Of a DNA stretch of 64,000 nucleotides, positions 38,958 through 52,981 are shown piece after piece (position 1 is the stretch's first letter; each line of letters opens with the position of its first letter). The translations under genes and the position numbers were made by a program. Source of the stretch: Somniosus microcephalus (lineage: Eukaryota); NCBI GenBank assembly GCA_052327205.1, contig CM126209.1, positions 148,490,001 to 148,554,000 on the forward strand. The letters run 5' to 3'. The notes below the pieces were generated by a model. The model had not been told where the DNA came from, did no database searches, and saw only the letters and a list, made by a program, of their open reading frames with translations.

Positions 38958-39847
38958 TTTTACCTTTTGTTTTGGCTTGGTCAAAGATGTGGGTTTTAAG
39001 GAGCATCTTAAAGGAGGGAATTCCAGCACTTCGGGCCCAGGCAACAGAAGGCATGGCCACCAATGCAAGCCTAGCTAAGGCTCGAAAAATTATTTAAATA
39101 GGTATTTTGCTGAATCTTATGACTTTCTTGCCACTTCCTCGCTTATGTAAAACAGGCACTGCAGTGTATGGATAACATGGCCAGTAGAAGTTGGTTTCTT
39201 AAAGGTTAATGTCGCTTTTAAATTGTATATTGTAAATTATTTTTTCTTTTGCTTATCATATTGAGTTATCTGCATTTGTATTGGTACATGCATTTTTTTG
39301 CTGTTCAGACCTGACTTTTTGCATTGTAAATGTTTTATTTCTATCTCTGTTTCTTACTATCATCTTGCTTCCAGCTGCTATTTCACTTGTGCAGCCAATG
39401 TAGGCAGGATAGAATTCCTTTGGGGGTTCCAGTACACTTTTAGATTTGGAGGAGGAAGAGCCATTCTTGAGGGAACAAGAAAGGCAAGTGTAACTGTATT
39501 TCACATGTTCTGTATGAATATTTACCTCAGGATCTGCATTTTCTGCCCCAATCAGTCCTTTCTGGGCATCTCAGAAGGGGCATGTCTTCGTTATCTCCAC
39601 TTCACAAAGGATGCTGCCACATAGCTATCTTGGAACCTAACCTATGGCTAAGTTGTACCAGTGGGTGTGCATTTTTTTATCCAGCTGGATCCTTCCATGC
39701 CACCACTTATGAGATATACTAAATCTATAAATGTATTTATCATATATAAATGTCTACAAAGACATCAAACATATGACTGAAACTTTGTTTTCAAGGAGCA
39801 ATGCACTCATCAATTTCTGCATGGAAAGTAGTCATCAGCTTAAGAGG

Positions 39848-40152
39848 ACAACAACAACTTCTATTTATATAGCACCTTTAATGTCGAGCTGTTTCAGTAC
39901 TGTGGCACGGGCGGAAACCTGACTGGAGGGATTCAAACATGGAGTTGCAGGAAAGAAGGGCACAGATTTGGGAGGCGACAACATGTTCAAGGACTCTGGA
40001 GAGGAAAGGGAGGTTGAACAGGGGGCGGTAGTTTGCAAGGTCGGCAGGGTCAAGGGTTGTTTTTTTTTAGGAGGGGGTGATGACGGCAGATTTGAGGGAG
40101 AGGGGACAGTACCTGAGGAGAGAGAACCGTTAACAGTGTCAGCTAACAAGGA
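39848..40152 (-). mobile_element. L2-type LINE fragment
   Basis: LADTVNGSLSSGTVP...DPADLANYRP-like RT remnant plus a TTTATATAGCACCTTT tail. Confidence 0.65.
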
Positions 40153-41451
40153 CGCACAATGTTTGATGTGTGGTAGGGTTCCTAAGAATATAAAACAGCA
40201 AAGATGGCACCTATGTACTCTACAGACCATTCAGCCTAACCTCCACCTCTTCCCAGCCTAGTTGCATTGGTGTCCTCTGTGGAGGGTCCTCTGCAATGTC
40301 AAACATAGCTGCTCTCTTTAAATATGCGCTCTTAGTTGGACGTTGCACATCTCCCGTTAGGCTGTTAGTTGTGTTGAAAGCTTATGCTAATTATTCAAAT
40401 AAGATTTATGCACAGCCATCTCTATGCGCTGTGGACTAGCTTGGCACAGGCAGCTAGCTATTCCTGGCACTGATTTTACTGGAATCTCAAAATCAGGACC
40501 ATGAAATAACTAATATTCAGCACCAGTACAGTTCTGAAGCAATGAACACAGGTTATTTCATCACAACTATAAAAGGTTCTGTTTGTGAGATGTTGCAGAG
40601 GGATGCCAGGGTGATACTGTAGATGATCAGTCACTAATCTGCTGGTGGCAAGAAGCCACTGACCTCGCCATCTCTCATGACAAAAGCTGAGTGCATATCC
40701 ATGAGCTGCATGGCCTTGTCCTCAAAGGGAATGAGTGGTTTAAAGGTGGCAATGCTCTCTCAGATGGTCTACCTTTGGCAGGCATTGTGTGCCATTTTAT
40801 CCTGCAAGAAGATAGAGTAAATGAGGGTACGGCTAGCAGTTGAAGAATGTGTGCCAAATCCTATGGGAGAGTGGAATTACAGTTGTTATGAGGCTGTTAA
40901 AATAGATGAAGCGGTTTTAGGGTCGTGTGTTTCAATAATTGCTGTGGGAGGAGCTGGGTCGCCATTCTGCAAGATGCCGAGTTAGCTACGCCCTTAACCA
41001 GAGTGCATTGTGATGGGTGAGTTGTGCAAGTGTTGCTTTAAGAAGATGAAGAGTGTGAAATCTTGACTTTTTTCCCCCAGGTGGAATTTTTTGTTTTATA
41101 AGGGGGAATAGTGGTATAACTCATTTTGCGGAAATTCTAGGCCAGTGCCTGCACGTTGTATTTGATGCTCCATAAACGGCTGTACGCTTGCATTTATATT
41201 GTGCCAACTCTGGTATTATGACGGGAGCCAACAGAATGAATGATAAATCAAATCTAGTTGACCTAGTTATCAATCCAACTTTGAAGTAATCCCACCTCCA
41301 GGCTGGTAGCCTTGCACCAATTAAACTGAATGCATATGCAGCTGGATGAAGCAACTTGCACACGTTAAAACTCAGAATACCAGGCAAGTATAACATTGTT
41401 GGTAAAGAACGAAAGAACCTGAATTTATATAGCACCTTTCATGACTCAGGA

Positions 41452-43707
41452 CGTTCTGGAGGGGGAGGGTGAACAACCAGTTGTCGTGGTGCATATAGGT
41501 ACCAACGATATAGGTAAAAAACAGGATGAGGTCCTAAAAGCTGAATATAGGGAGTTAGGAGGTAAATTAAAAAATAGAACCTCAAAGGCAGTAATCTCAG
41601 GATTGCTACTAGTGCCAAGTGCTAGTCAGAGTAGAAATAGAAGAATATTTCAGATGAATACGTGGCTAGACGATTGGTGCAAGGGGGAGGGATTCAAATT
41701 CCTGGGACATTGGAACCAGTTCTGGGGGAGGTGGGACCAGTAAAAACTGGATGGTTTGCACCTGGGCAGGACCGGGACCGATGTCCTAGGGGGAGTGTTT
41801 GCTAGTGCTGTTGGGGAGGGTTTAAACTAAAATGACAGGGGGCTGGGAACCTGTGCAGGGAGACAGAGGAAAGAGAAGCAAGGATAGACCCAAAAGACAG
41901 GAAGGAGAAAAGCAAACGTGGAAGTCACAGAACTCAAGGGTGTAAATCAAACATGGCCGCAGTAAACAATAATTCGAAAAGGTCTAAGAGTGTTAAATAA
42001 ACAAGCCTGAAGGTTCTGTGTCTTAATGCAAGGAGCATTCTTAATAAGGTGGATGAATTAGCTGCGCAAATAGATGTAAATGGATATGATATAATTGGGA
42101 TTATGGAGACATGGCTCCAGGGTAACCAAGGCTGGGAATTCAACATCCAGGGGTATTCAATATGCAGGAAGGATAGGCAAAAGGGAAAAGGCGGTGGGGT
42201 AACATTGCTGGTTAAAGAGGAGATTAACACAATAGTAAGGAAGGATATTAGCTCTGATGATGTGGAATCTGTATGGGTAGAGCTGAGAAATACCATGGGG
42301 CAGAAAACGTTAGTGGGAGTTGTATACAGACCCCCAAACAGTAATGCTGAGGTTGGGGATGGCATTAAAAGGGAAATTAGAGATGCGTGCAATAAGGGCA
42401 CAGCAGTTATCATGGGTGACTTTAATCTACATATAGATTGGCCTAACCAAGTTAGTAATAATACTGTGGAAGAGGAATTCCTAGAGTGTATACGGGATGG
42501 TTTCCTGGACCAATATGTCGAGGGGATCTCATTGAAACTTATAAAATTCTGACAGGACTGGACAGACTAGATGCAGGAAGGATGTTCCCGATGGTCGGGG
42601 AGTCCAGAACCAGGGGTCACCATCTAAGGATAAGGGGTAAGCCATTTAGGACAGAAATGAGGAGGAATTTCTTCACCCAGAGAGTGAAGAACCTGTGGAA
42701 TTCTCTACCACAGAAGGCAGTAGAGGCCTCTACCACAGAAGGCAGTAGAGGCCAATTCATTAAATATATTCAAGAAGGAGTTGGATATATTTCTTAAGGC
42801 TAAAGGGATCAAGGGGTATGGGGAGAAAGCAGGGACAGGGTACTGAATTCGGATGATCAGCCATGATCGCATTGAATGGCGGAGCAGGCTCAAGGGGCCA
42901 AATGGCCTACTCCTGCTCCTATCTTCTATGTTTCTATGAACCAACTAGAAATCAGGCCATCTTAGAATGGGTATTATGTAATGAGAAAGGATTAATTAGC
43001 AATCTTGTTGTGCGAGGCCCCTTGGGGAGGAGCGATCATAATATGATAGAATTCTTCATTAAGATGGAGGGTGAAGTAGTTGATTCAGAGACTTAGGTAC
43101 TGAATTTAAATAAAGGAAAGTACGATGGTATGAGGCGCAAGTTGGCTAGGATGGATTGGGGAATGTTACTTAAAGGGTTGATGGTGAATAGGCAATGGCA
43201 AACATTTAAAGATCACATGGATAAACTACAGAATTTGTTCATCCCTGTTTGGCATAAAAATAAAACAAAAAAGGCGACTCAACATTGGCTAACAAGGGAA
43301 ATTAGGGATAGCATAAGATCCAAGGAGAGGACATATAAATTGGCCAGAAAAAGCGCAAACCTGAGGATCGGGAGCAGTTTAGGATTCAGCAAAGGAGGAC
43401 AAAGGGATTAATTAAGAGGGGGGAAATAGAGTATGAGAGTAAGCTTGCAGGGAACATAAAAACTGACTGTAAAAGCTTCTATAGATATGTCAAGAGAAAA
43501 AGATTGGTAAAGTCAAGCGTAGGTGCCTTGCAGTCAGAATCAGGGGAACTTATAATGGGGAACAAAGACATGGCAGACCAATTAAACACATACTTTGGTT
43601 CTGTCTTCACAAAGGAGGACACAAATAAACTCCCAGAGATGTCGGGGAACATAGGGTCTAATGAGAGGGAGGAACTGAATGAAATCAGTATTTGTAGGGA
43701 AATGGTG
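41452..43707 (+). mobile_element. CR1 LINE 5' part: ORF1 SGNH-esterase and ORF2 AP-endonuclease
   Basis: VVVVHIGTNDIG...DGLHL in ORF1; IGIMETWL, RKDR..KGGGV, GVVYRPP, MGDFN and SDHN in ORF2. Confidence 0.9.
42521..42937 (+). mobile_element. Nested young CR1 3' end
   Basis: Interrupts the host at QYVE|EPTR. GDLIETYKILTGLDRL motif and an internal 25-bp tandem duplication at 42704-42752. Confidence 0.9.
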
Positions 43708-44768
43708 CTCTCAAGCCACTTGCAGGCACTGAGGGGGACCTGACCCATGAGAGGGAGGTTGGTGGCAGACCTCAAGGAAGTGGGGGCTCCTCTCCAAGCG
43801 CTCACACTTCCATGCCACTGCAGAGCCCTCGGTCAGAGCCCCGCCAGAGTCCACACCCAACTGCGATAAACGTCTGAACTCCTGCACAGCCACAGGAGCA
43901 GCAGACTGCTGACGAGCCCTCACAGGCTCGCCACCCCAGAGGACGCCCGCCAAAGTTGTCGAGACAGGAGCAGCAGGAAAGTGAGCAAGGGGCCTCCACA
44001 TCTGCTGAAGCCACAGGGGAACCACTATGTAGGAGCACGCATAAGAGGAAAATAAAGCACAAATAGTCACAAGGGTAGTCACTTGGGTGAAATGTTGTGT
44101 ATTTTGTAAAAATGCCATCAGTTGTTTGTTTTGCATAAAAATTCTGATGGCAACTGCTGCAGTTGTGGCCTGTGTCATTTCGCGAATGGGGCTGGAGGTC
44201 CTCTAATGCCAAGAAGGGAAGGAAAAAAAGGCCTCCCATGCTTCTGGTAGATGCCTCAGTTGAGGAAGCGCTGAGTGAGGGTGGCGAGAAGGGTTTCGCA
44301 GGAGGTCACACTGGAGAAGTGTGTGAGGCTCCAACCTTCCACAGGTGTGGTTAAGCCTGGTAAAAGTTGCCCCAGGCCTGAGACAACAAAGTCCTGCCAC
44401 CTGCAAATGATGACTGTTCAAATCTCCTGTTTAATGGTTGACCTGCAGCTGATAGTCAGCAAGCCAATAGTGCTCACACCAGGTTTCACAGGCGTGATCC
44501 CCACCAGGCGTGTTTTACGTGGGAAAAGGGTTAAACAGGCAAGGGCCTGTTAAAATGGGCTTTTAAAGGCCAATGAGTGCTGTTTAAGGGCCCTAAAGAC
44601 CAGTCCCGCCTGTTGCAGGTGGGATTCATATGGGACCATCAGACACACCTGGGTTAAAATGGCTAGGTGTTGGGAACCAGGCAGAGGGGGTCCCGACCCC
44701 CAGGTTTTGCAATTTTAACCCCCCACACGCCTCAAAGCCCACCTGACGGCTGAGTTAAAATTGAGCCC
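43708..44768. mobile_element. Deleted Harbinger derivative (Myb-gene 3' end plus one terminus)
   Basis: The + strand reads EPSQARHPRGRPPK...STSAEATGEPLCRSTHKRKIKHK*, resembling the C-terminus of the intact Myb protein. Ends TTAAAATTGAGCCC. Confidence 0.6.
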
Positions 44769-44942
44769 AGATTATCTGGTCATTATCACATTGCTGTTTG
44801 TAGGAACTTGCTGTGCGCAAATTGGCTGCCACATTTCCCACATTACAACAGTGACTACACTCCAAAAGTACTTCATTGGCTGTAAAGTGCTTTGAGATGT
44901 CCAGTGGTTGTGAAAGGCTATATAAATGCAAGTATTTCTTTT
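44769..44942 (+). mobile_element. DeuSINE 3' part
   Basis: Reverse complement of 10870-11040. Confidence 0.8.
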
Positions 44943-46000
44943 TACCTTGTCAACTATTTTCTATCTTTGGAAATGCCACTGGCAGTCTGAGGCCAGTGAG
45001 CAACGTTACGTGCATGTGTTTGCGTATGCATCTGTGGAGCTGTGCCTCACTTGAGTGACCCAACGCAGATTGTGTAACTGTGGCTACCTTCTCACACTGT
45101 TGTTTCATTGCTATATTGCTGGACTGCTGTTGTTTCTACAGTTGGTGTTATATGGCAAATAAAATTTCAGAAACATGAACAATCGTATTTGCCGTACACT
45201 AAATGAAAATTTGTTGATGTTTTCTTCAGTCCTAACCTGTGGAAGGAAGCTCATAGAGTGGGTGTTGTAGATCTGGCTTTCAGCTATAGAAGTATTTTAC
45301 TTGTCTTGTCACTAGCAGGAAGTGCAAAATATTTAAGACAAAAATGAAAAAGCACACTATTACAGACAAAGGCTGCATCACCACTCCAGTTTTGCAAAAG
45401 GAGCCACAAACAGACTTTAGGCCCCCTATTTGCAAATGCTAAGGGCCTAACTCCTGTTTCAGGCGCAGGCCTTGGACAGCTCTTTTTTTGCCTTTACCAA
45501 TATGGCGTGTGGCGCACTTCCTGCGTGAAATGCGCTCTGCGCCACCTGCCATATTAGGCAATTTGGCGTCCATTTCACACCTGTAAAACGGGCGTGACAT
45601 CAATCAAGTTCTAGGCCACTATCTCTTTTAATCTTCTTTAGTATGCATTCTCGTCCCCCCAACCCCATCTCAGATTCTCTTGATCTGATCGGATCTCCGT
45701 TGTCCTGATTAGGTCTACTCCAGCCACATTCTTTTTTATTTCAGAAGGCTTTTTTTCCTGTTAAATTCATGGCATAACAACATTGTGCAGCCAGAGACTA
45801 CTGTAATGAGGACATGTGCTCGCAAATTTCATACTCTTGATTGCTAATTAGCCTAGATAAATTGCACTTGGGTTCAAACAGGCTCGTCACCGATTTCCCA
45901 TGGCCACAATTCAGCAAGTGATGGTTAATGGTATTTGAACTTGTGTGTATAAAAGGCAGAATTCCAGGAAATTATACTGTTTATAAAGTTTCATCAGTGA

Positions 46001-48450
46001 ACATAAGAACATAAAAACATAAGAAATAGGAACAGAAGTAGGTCATTCGGCCCTTCGAGCCTGCTCCGCCATTCAATGAGATCATGGCTGATTTTCTGCC
46101 TCAATTCCATTCACCGGCCCTATTGCCATATCCCTTGATGCCTTTACTAGTCAGAAATCTATCGACTTCTGTTTTGAATATAACCAATGACTGAGCCTCC
46201 ACAGCCCTCTGGGGTAGAGAATTCCGGAGATTCACCACCCTCATTACAAGAGGATTTGAGTACAGGAGTAAAGAAGTCTTACTCCAATTATATAGGACCT
46301 TGGTGAGACCACACCTGGAGTACTATGTACAATTTTGGTCACCTTACTTTCATAGAATGTAAAGAAACATCTTCTCTACGTCTACCCTATCAAACCCTTT
46401 CATAATCTTAAAGACCTCTATCAGGTCACCCCTCAGCCTTCTCTTTTCTAGAGAAAAGAGCCCTAGCCTGTTCAATCTTTTCTGAACAGAGCTCCAAATG
46501 CTCATTGCCCATATGAAATGTGTGTCACAGAGGAAGCCTATTCCAATATGTTTGAGTTCTTTGAAGGGGTGACAGATATAGTGAATGGGGGAAATGCAGT
46601 GGATGTGGTATGCATTGACTTTCAGAAAGCCTTTAACAAGGTACTCAACAGGAAACAATTGAGAAGATTAAGGGGTATAGAATTAAGGGAACGTACCAAA
46701 TTGGATTAAAAACTGGTCAGATGGAAGAAAGGAAAGAGGGGGAGTTAAAGGCAGTTTCACAGTCTGATTGGAAGTGGGTCGCAGTGTCCTACAGCGTTCT
46801 ATTCTGGGACCACTTCTGTTCACTATCTACATCAATAATTTGGATGTAGGATTGTACTAAAATAGCAGGTGTAGTAAATAATTCTGAAGAGCAAAGGAAG
46901 CTGCAAGGGGGTATTGATAAGATGGTGGAATGGGCAAAAAAGTGGCAGATGGAGTTCAATGTTGGGACATTATGGTTAAAAAAAATAAAGTAATAATTAT
47001 ACTTTGAATGGAGGAATGCTGGATGATTTGGAAGAGCAGAAGGATTTGGGGGTTCAAGTTCACAAAACCTTAAAAGCAACATCTCAAGTGGATAAGACCA
47101 TAAAAAGCTAATGGAATACTGGGTTTTACAGTAGATATAGAATAAAAAAAAGTTGAGGTGTAATGGTGAATCTATATGAAAGACTATAGTTGGAGTATTG
47201 TGAGCAATTTGAGCTCGATACTATAGGAAGGATATTGAGGCAATAGACGGGGTACAGCATAGATTCACCAGGAAGCTGCCTGGTATACAAAATACAAAGA
47301 AAGACCTGAAAATTTGAGGCTGTTTTCATCAGAACCAAGGAGATTATGGGGTGATTTGATAGAGGCATTTAAAGTTATGAAAGGATAGGACAGAGTAGAT
47401 GGAAACAAACTGTTTCCATTGATTGTGGGGTCTGCAACCAGATATAAGAGTAAATGTGAGAGATTTAGGATAAATACATAAAGGGTTGTGGGACTGCGAA
47501 ATACACTACTGGAGTTAGGTTAGATAGGTAGTTGAAGGAACTGAAGTGATATGGGATTAGAGTGGGTGCAAGAGATTAAGGGCAGGATTTTCATTGGGCC
47601 ATGGAGGCGGGATTGGAGGCGTGTGGGGGGTTAAAATCGTGAAATCGGGGGGCACGAACCCATCCCGCCCCCAACCCGCCTCCATGCCAGTTTCAAAGGA
47701 GGCGGATTCCCGACCTGTGCTGGGAGCCACCTCCCTGGGGTGGGAAGGGGATTAGTGCCAATTAACTGCCTGTTAACAGGTAGTTAACAGGCAGTTTTTA
47801 GCCTAATCCCTATTTTTATTCATGAAGTGTGAGATTCCTGACGGCTCCAAACCATGCCAAGTTAGCGAGGCGGACCGTCAGGGTGAAGGGCTTGGAGAGT
47901 TCGAGATGTCCGGTGTTCAGGTGAGTGATGTGTGCATGTGTGCAGAGGTAAGTGTGTTTGGTATGTGTAAAGTGTTTAAAGAAGTTTAATTACCTTTACT
48001 TACCTTTACAGCCTCCCTTCCTTCAGGTCTCGGGAGTCCCTCATCTCACCGGCACAGAAAGCAGAATGGCCGCAAGCTGTCAAAAGTTGCAGCATTCAGC
48101 TTTCTGTTCTGGAGAGATCTCTAAACCAGCCTGAGAGGAAGGAATTAACTTAGTGTACAGATTGTCAGTGTTTGACAGCTTCAAAGAGCTGTCAAATGCT
48201 GATATTTCATCTGTCAAAAGCTCTTGACAGATGAAATGTCAATCTGTGATGTCACCTGTTGCTGGGTGGCCCTTAATTGGCCTGCTGAGCCCGCTGGTCA
48301 ATCAAGTGAAAAGTTGTAGTCCTGCCTCCTACATGCCTCCAGTATCAAAATCCAGCCCAAAGTCTACTGCTTGAATGGAGGATAAACACCATCATGGACT
48401 GGTTGGGCAAATGGCCTGTTGCTATGTTGTAATTTATTTGTAATTCTATG
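46001..48450. mobile_element. Cluster of CR1 fragments in both orientations
   Basis: Minus-strand tail at 46001-46240, and remnants of EFFEGVT..VDVVCIDFQKAF and LFSLEKRRLRGDL. Confidence 0.75.
47580..48358. mobile_element. Harbinger-type MITE
   Basis: GGGCAGGATTTT / AAAATCCAGCCC ends. Homologous to 8094-8867, including the TGACAG dyads. Confidence 0.82.
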
Positions 48451-48654
48451 TTAGGTTCTTAAGCTTTCACAGGAATAACTAGCTGCTTTTCTTCTGTGCA
48501 GATTTCTTTTCATTTGTGGTATCAAGACCACATTTATTGCCTATGCCTAGTTGCTTGAGTAGGTGGTGATGGGTCTTCCTTAGAACATGCCAGAAAAATT
48601 GGCTAAGGGACAGAAAACAGAGAGTAGTGGTGAATGGTTGTTTTTCATCACACT

Positions 48655-49415
48655 GGCCCAGATATTCGGGTCTCCACGGGTGAGTACGCACGGGATACTC
48701 ACCCGTAAGCCCAATGGAAGTGCCGGTTTCGTGCATGCACTGTGCATGCACGGGAAACCAGCACTTCCGTTCCCCTGAAAGAAGGGGTTCAGAAGTCGAA
48801 CGTGAGCGCGGGAGAGGCAGCGCGTGCGCATCAAATTTACGTTTTTTTTGCCGGTTTTCCCGGGAAGGTAAGTCTCCAGAAGTTAGACATGTAAAAAGCA
48901 GTCGCAAGGCCTGCTTTTTACAAGGTAAGTGGTGAATTAATTAAAATTAAAACATTTTTTCCACAGGTTTATTATTTTTAAATACTTTAAAGAACGGTAA
49001 GTTTATTTTTAAGCCCGTTAGAAAATGTAATTAATTTTTTCAAAAATTTAAATTATTGTTTAAAATAGTTATTTCATGTAATTTATAGTTTATTTTAAAA
49101 ATGTGATTTTTTTTATTTATTTGAAGATTTAGTGATGTTTTGGGGTTTATAGTATTTATAGGTTTGACAGTTCTTCCTGTCAAACTTATGAATGAAGCAT
49201 TCCCTGCTACCATTGCCTCTCCATGGCCAACATGATCCCAGGGGACGCTTCGAACTAACTGCGCCCCTGGGATACGCAAGCACTGCGCGCCGGCAGTTGG
49301 AGGAGGCCCAGGATCGCAATTTCACGGGGGCTCAGAGCACAACGGCCGGCGCACTAGCTAAGTGCAGGTCGGGGGCTTACACCCGCGGGAAGCCCCCGAC
49401 CCGAATTTCTGGGCC
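48655..49415 (-). mobile_element. Young Harbinger MITE (inverted sister of 34402-35171)
   Basis: ACT[GGCCCAGATATTCGGGTC...GACCCGAATTTCTGGGCC]ATT. Confidence 0.9.
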
Positions 49416-49575
49416 ATTGTCTGGTGAAATGGACAGACACATGGAAGATGAAATTTAATGCAGAGAAATGTGAAGTGATACACTTTGGTAGGAAGAATGA
49501 GAAGAGGCAGTATGAACAAAATAGCACAATTTTAAAGTGGGTGCAGGAACAGAGAAACCAGGAGGTGTATGTATA

Positions 49576-50742
49576 CATAGAAAACATAGAAAACATAGAA
49601 GATAGGAGCAGGAGTAGGCCATTCGGCCCCTCGAGCCTGCTCCGCCATTCAATAAGATCAGGGCTGATCATCCAAATTCAGTACCCTGTTCCTGCCTTCT
49701 CTCCATATCCCTTGATCCCTTTAGCCTTAAGAAATATATCCAACTCCTTCTTGAATATATTTAATGAATTGGCCTCTACTGCCTTCTTTGGCAGAGAATT
49801 CCACAGGTTCACCACTCTCTGGGTGAAGAAATTCCTCCTCATCTCTGTCCTAAATGGCTTACCCCTTATCCTTAGACTGTGACCCCTGGTTCTGGACTCC
49901 CTGACCATCGGGAACATCCTTTCAGCATTTAGTCTGTCTAGTCCTGTTAGAATTTTATAAGTTTCGATGAGATCCCCTCTCATTCTTCTAAACTCCAGCG
50001 AGTACAAGCCCAATCGACCCAATCTCTCCTCATACGTCATTCCTGCCATCCCAGGTATCAGCCTGGTGAATCTTCGCTGCACTCCTTCCATGGCAAGAAC
50101 ATCCTTTCTCAGATAAGGCAACCAAAACTGCACACAATACTCAAGATGTGGTCTCACCAAGGCCCTGTACAACTGCAGCAAGACATCCTTGTTCCTGTAC
50201 TCAAACCCTCTCGCTACGAAGGCCAACATACCATTTGCCTTCTTAACCGCCTGCTGCACCTGCATGCTTACTTTCAGCGACTGGTGCACAAGGATGCCCA
50301 GGTCTCGTTGCACTTCCCCTTCTCCCAATCTATTGCCATTCAGATAATAATCTGCCTTCCTGTTTTTGGCACCAAAGTGGATAACCTCGCATTTATCCAC
50401 GTTATATTGCATCTGCCATGCTTCCGCCCAATCACTCAACCTGTCCAAATCATACTGGAGTTTCTCGGCATCCTCCTCACAGCACACACGCCCACCCAGC
50501 TTTGTGTCGTCTGCAAACTTGGAGATTTTACATCTAGCTCCCTTGTCCAGATCATTAATATATGTTGTGAATAGCTGGGGTCCAAGGACCGATCCCTGCG
50601 GTACCCCACTAGTCACTGCCTGCCACTCGGAAAAGGAGCCATTTATTCCAACTCTTTGCTTTCTGTCTGCCAACCAGTTCTCTATCCAAGTCAATACCTT
50701 GCCCCCAGTCCCATGTGCCTTAATTTTACACGCTAATCTCTT
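49576..50742 (-). mobile_element. Young 5'-truncated CR1 LINE with an uninterrupted 338-aa RT C-terminus (49678-50694), nested in an older + strand CR1
   Basis: SGVPQGSVLGPQLF...KFADDTK...RNFFTQRVVNLWNSLP and a (TTTTCTATG)n tail. Confidence 0.93.
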
Positions 50743-51525
50743 GAAGGTGGCAAGACAAGTTGAGAAGGCTTTTAATAAAACATGGGATCCTTGGCTTTAT
50801 TAATAGAGGAATAGAGTACAAAAGCAATGGAGTTATGCAAAACCTTTACAAAACCCCGAATAGCCCTCAGCTGGATTATTGTGTTGAATTCTGGGCACCA
50901 CACTTTAGGAAGAATGTCAAGGCCTTGGAGAGGGTCTAGAAGAGATTTATTAGAATGGTACCAGGAATGAGGGACTTCAGTTAAGAGGAGATTTGATAGA
51001 GGTGTTCAAAATCATGAACGGTTTTACTCGAGTAAATAAGGAGAAACTGTTTCCAGTGGCAGAAGGGTCAGTAACCAGAGGACACAGATTTAAGGTGATT
51101 GGCAAAAAAACCAGAGGACATTTTGTTCTTCTGCATGCCCCTTCCAAAAGCCTTTCTGTATAATATACCTTCCCAGCTGAATGGACAAACTTGAAGTTTA
51201 TTTCTAGACCTCTGTCAATATTGTTGTGTCCAGGTTTGGCCGTTGGATTTCATTCCCTCCTTTTAATGAAGTATTTGGCTTGCCCAAGGAAAGATGCTTG
51301 AGAATAGAAAATCTGCATGTAAGGAATTACAGGGCAGTATACTAGACTTCTAACACGTTGCAGCAAAAGCTGCACTTCATCTACTCTGCCACTAAGTAAA
51401 CAGTAAATTCCAGTATAGCATTTTTTCAGTGGAACCAAGGTATTACGCATATACAAAAATGACAGAGGGACAAATTACTGCATACTTGACTGGAATAAAT
51501 AGAACTGGCAATAAACAGACTCATT

Positions 51526-52239
51526 GGCCCCGATATTTACCTGGGTGGGATTTCCAAATGGGGGGAGGAGTTCTGGTCCCCGAATGTGCATTTCTGTTTA
51601 ACAGGTTTCCCGCCCGGAAGCCAGCCTGATTGACAGGCTTGGCTCAATGTCAGGCAGGGAATGCTGCAGAAGAGGCTGCAACCCAGGAACAGGTAGGTTT
51701 CCTGCTACTCGGGAAGAGATTGAGAGATCACGGGGTGGGTACTGCGTGGTTTGGAGGGTCGGAGGGTGATTGCGGAGAGTCGGATAGAGATCGGGAGCAG
51801 AGATAGGGGTTCAAGGGCTGGCGATGGTGATCACGTGTGGGGCGTGGGGTCGGCGACCGTAGGGGGGGGGGGTCCAATCGGGGAAGCAGGTTAGCTCGGG
51901 GGGGCAGCACTCATGCTCCCTCTGGTTCACAAGCAGTACTGGTAAGCATTTACCTCTTCCACGCAGTTGTCCTCACCTCCCTTTAATCCTGGGTTTTCCG
52001 AGGCCTGGACAGCGTTAAAGCTGGAAGAGTGATAAAATATGAGGCACAAAGACTCATTAAAATATTTAAATGAGCGACCACCTCCTGTGAGCGGGTTGGT
52101 CGTCCGCTCTCTACCCCACCTCCGTTAAAACTGAAAGTGGATAGGTTCGAGGTGGGTTGGGTTCGGGTTTGAGATTTAAAAATGTTTTACATCCCACCTG
52201 ATCCAAACCCACCTGTTTCAGGGGGTTAAAATGACCCCC
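51526..52239. mobile_element. Harbinger-type MITE, ATT TSD
   Basis: AGACTC-ATT[GGCCCCGATATTTA...TTAAAATGACCCCC]ATT-ATATCT. Confidence 0.82.
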
Positions 52240-52267
52240 ATTATATCTCGTAGTGAAATAAGGATAT

Positions 52268-52397
52268 CCGACAAAAGGTCATTGACCTGAAACAATAACT
52301 GTTTCTCTCACCGCAGATGCTGTCTGACTTGCTGAGTATTTTCAGCATTTTCTGTTTTTATTTCAGATTTCCAGCATCTGCAGTATTTTGCTTTTGT
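52268..52397 (+). repeat. Solo Penelope terminal unit (decayed hammerhead plus GCAGATGCTG/CAGCATCTGC hairpin)
   Basis: CCGACAA-AAGGTC.ATT.GACCT-GAAAC. Homologous to 37783-37804 plus 38553-38640, and inverted at 57989-58070. Confidence 0.7.
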
Positions 52398-52653
52398 AAG
52401 AATATAATTCCTCTCATAAATACCTGATATCAAGTATTTAGAAATAATCATGATTTCAAAATATTGGACTAAGAACATATTGGCCTAGAAATTCAGTTGC
52501 GTTCGCCAGCCGTTAGCGCCATAAGAGGAGTAGATCTCGAGCGCTAGGCACTTAGTGGCCGGGTGCAGAACGATCTGCGCCTACGCCCAACTTCAGTAGA
52601 CATTTAGCGCCGGCGCAAAGTGTTTGCGCGCGCTCAGCTGCGCGCGCAACTTA

Positions 52654-52834
52654 TGACGTCATTTCGTCGTGCAACGCCGTTTGTGCGCCCCAAACCGGAA
52701 CTTCAGTGGCGCCCGCCCAATGTGGGCGTGGCGCTGTTAAGAACTGTGAAGTGGAACGCAGCAGAGGCCCTGCGGGCCTCGGGGTGCACTAATTAAAGGG
52801 CACTTAGACTGAACTATAAAGGGCAGCCATTTTG
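52654..52834 (+). promoter_or_regulatory. Putative transposase promoter
   Basis: CRE TGACGTCA at 52654-52661, ETS-like CCGGAA at ~52695, CCAAT at ~52717, TATAAA at 52815-52820 and YY1-like GCCATTTT at 52826-52833. Confidence 0.5.
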
Positions 52835-52981
52835 CTGCAATGACTTTAGTGCAACGGATTTCTGGACAGAGACCAAGGAAGAGACCTTACTGATTTGGGC
52901 CAACATAGGAGAGGTATTTTTGGCTTCTGGCCAGAGCTTGGAAATTTGACTCATTGTGATTTCACTGTTTGCAAGTATATT

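Noticed and set aside
52895-52981. N-terminal 29-aa extension of the transposase in the ORF track
   Set aside because: It starts at TTG. The ATG at 52982 matches the start of the homologous copy at 701.
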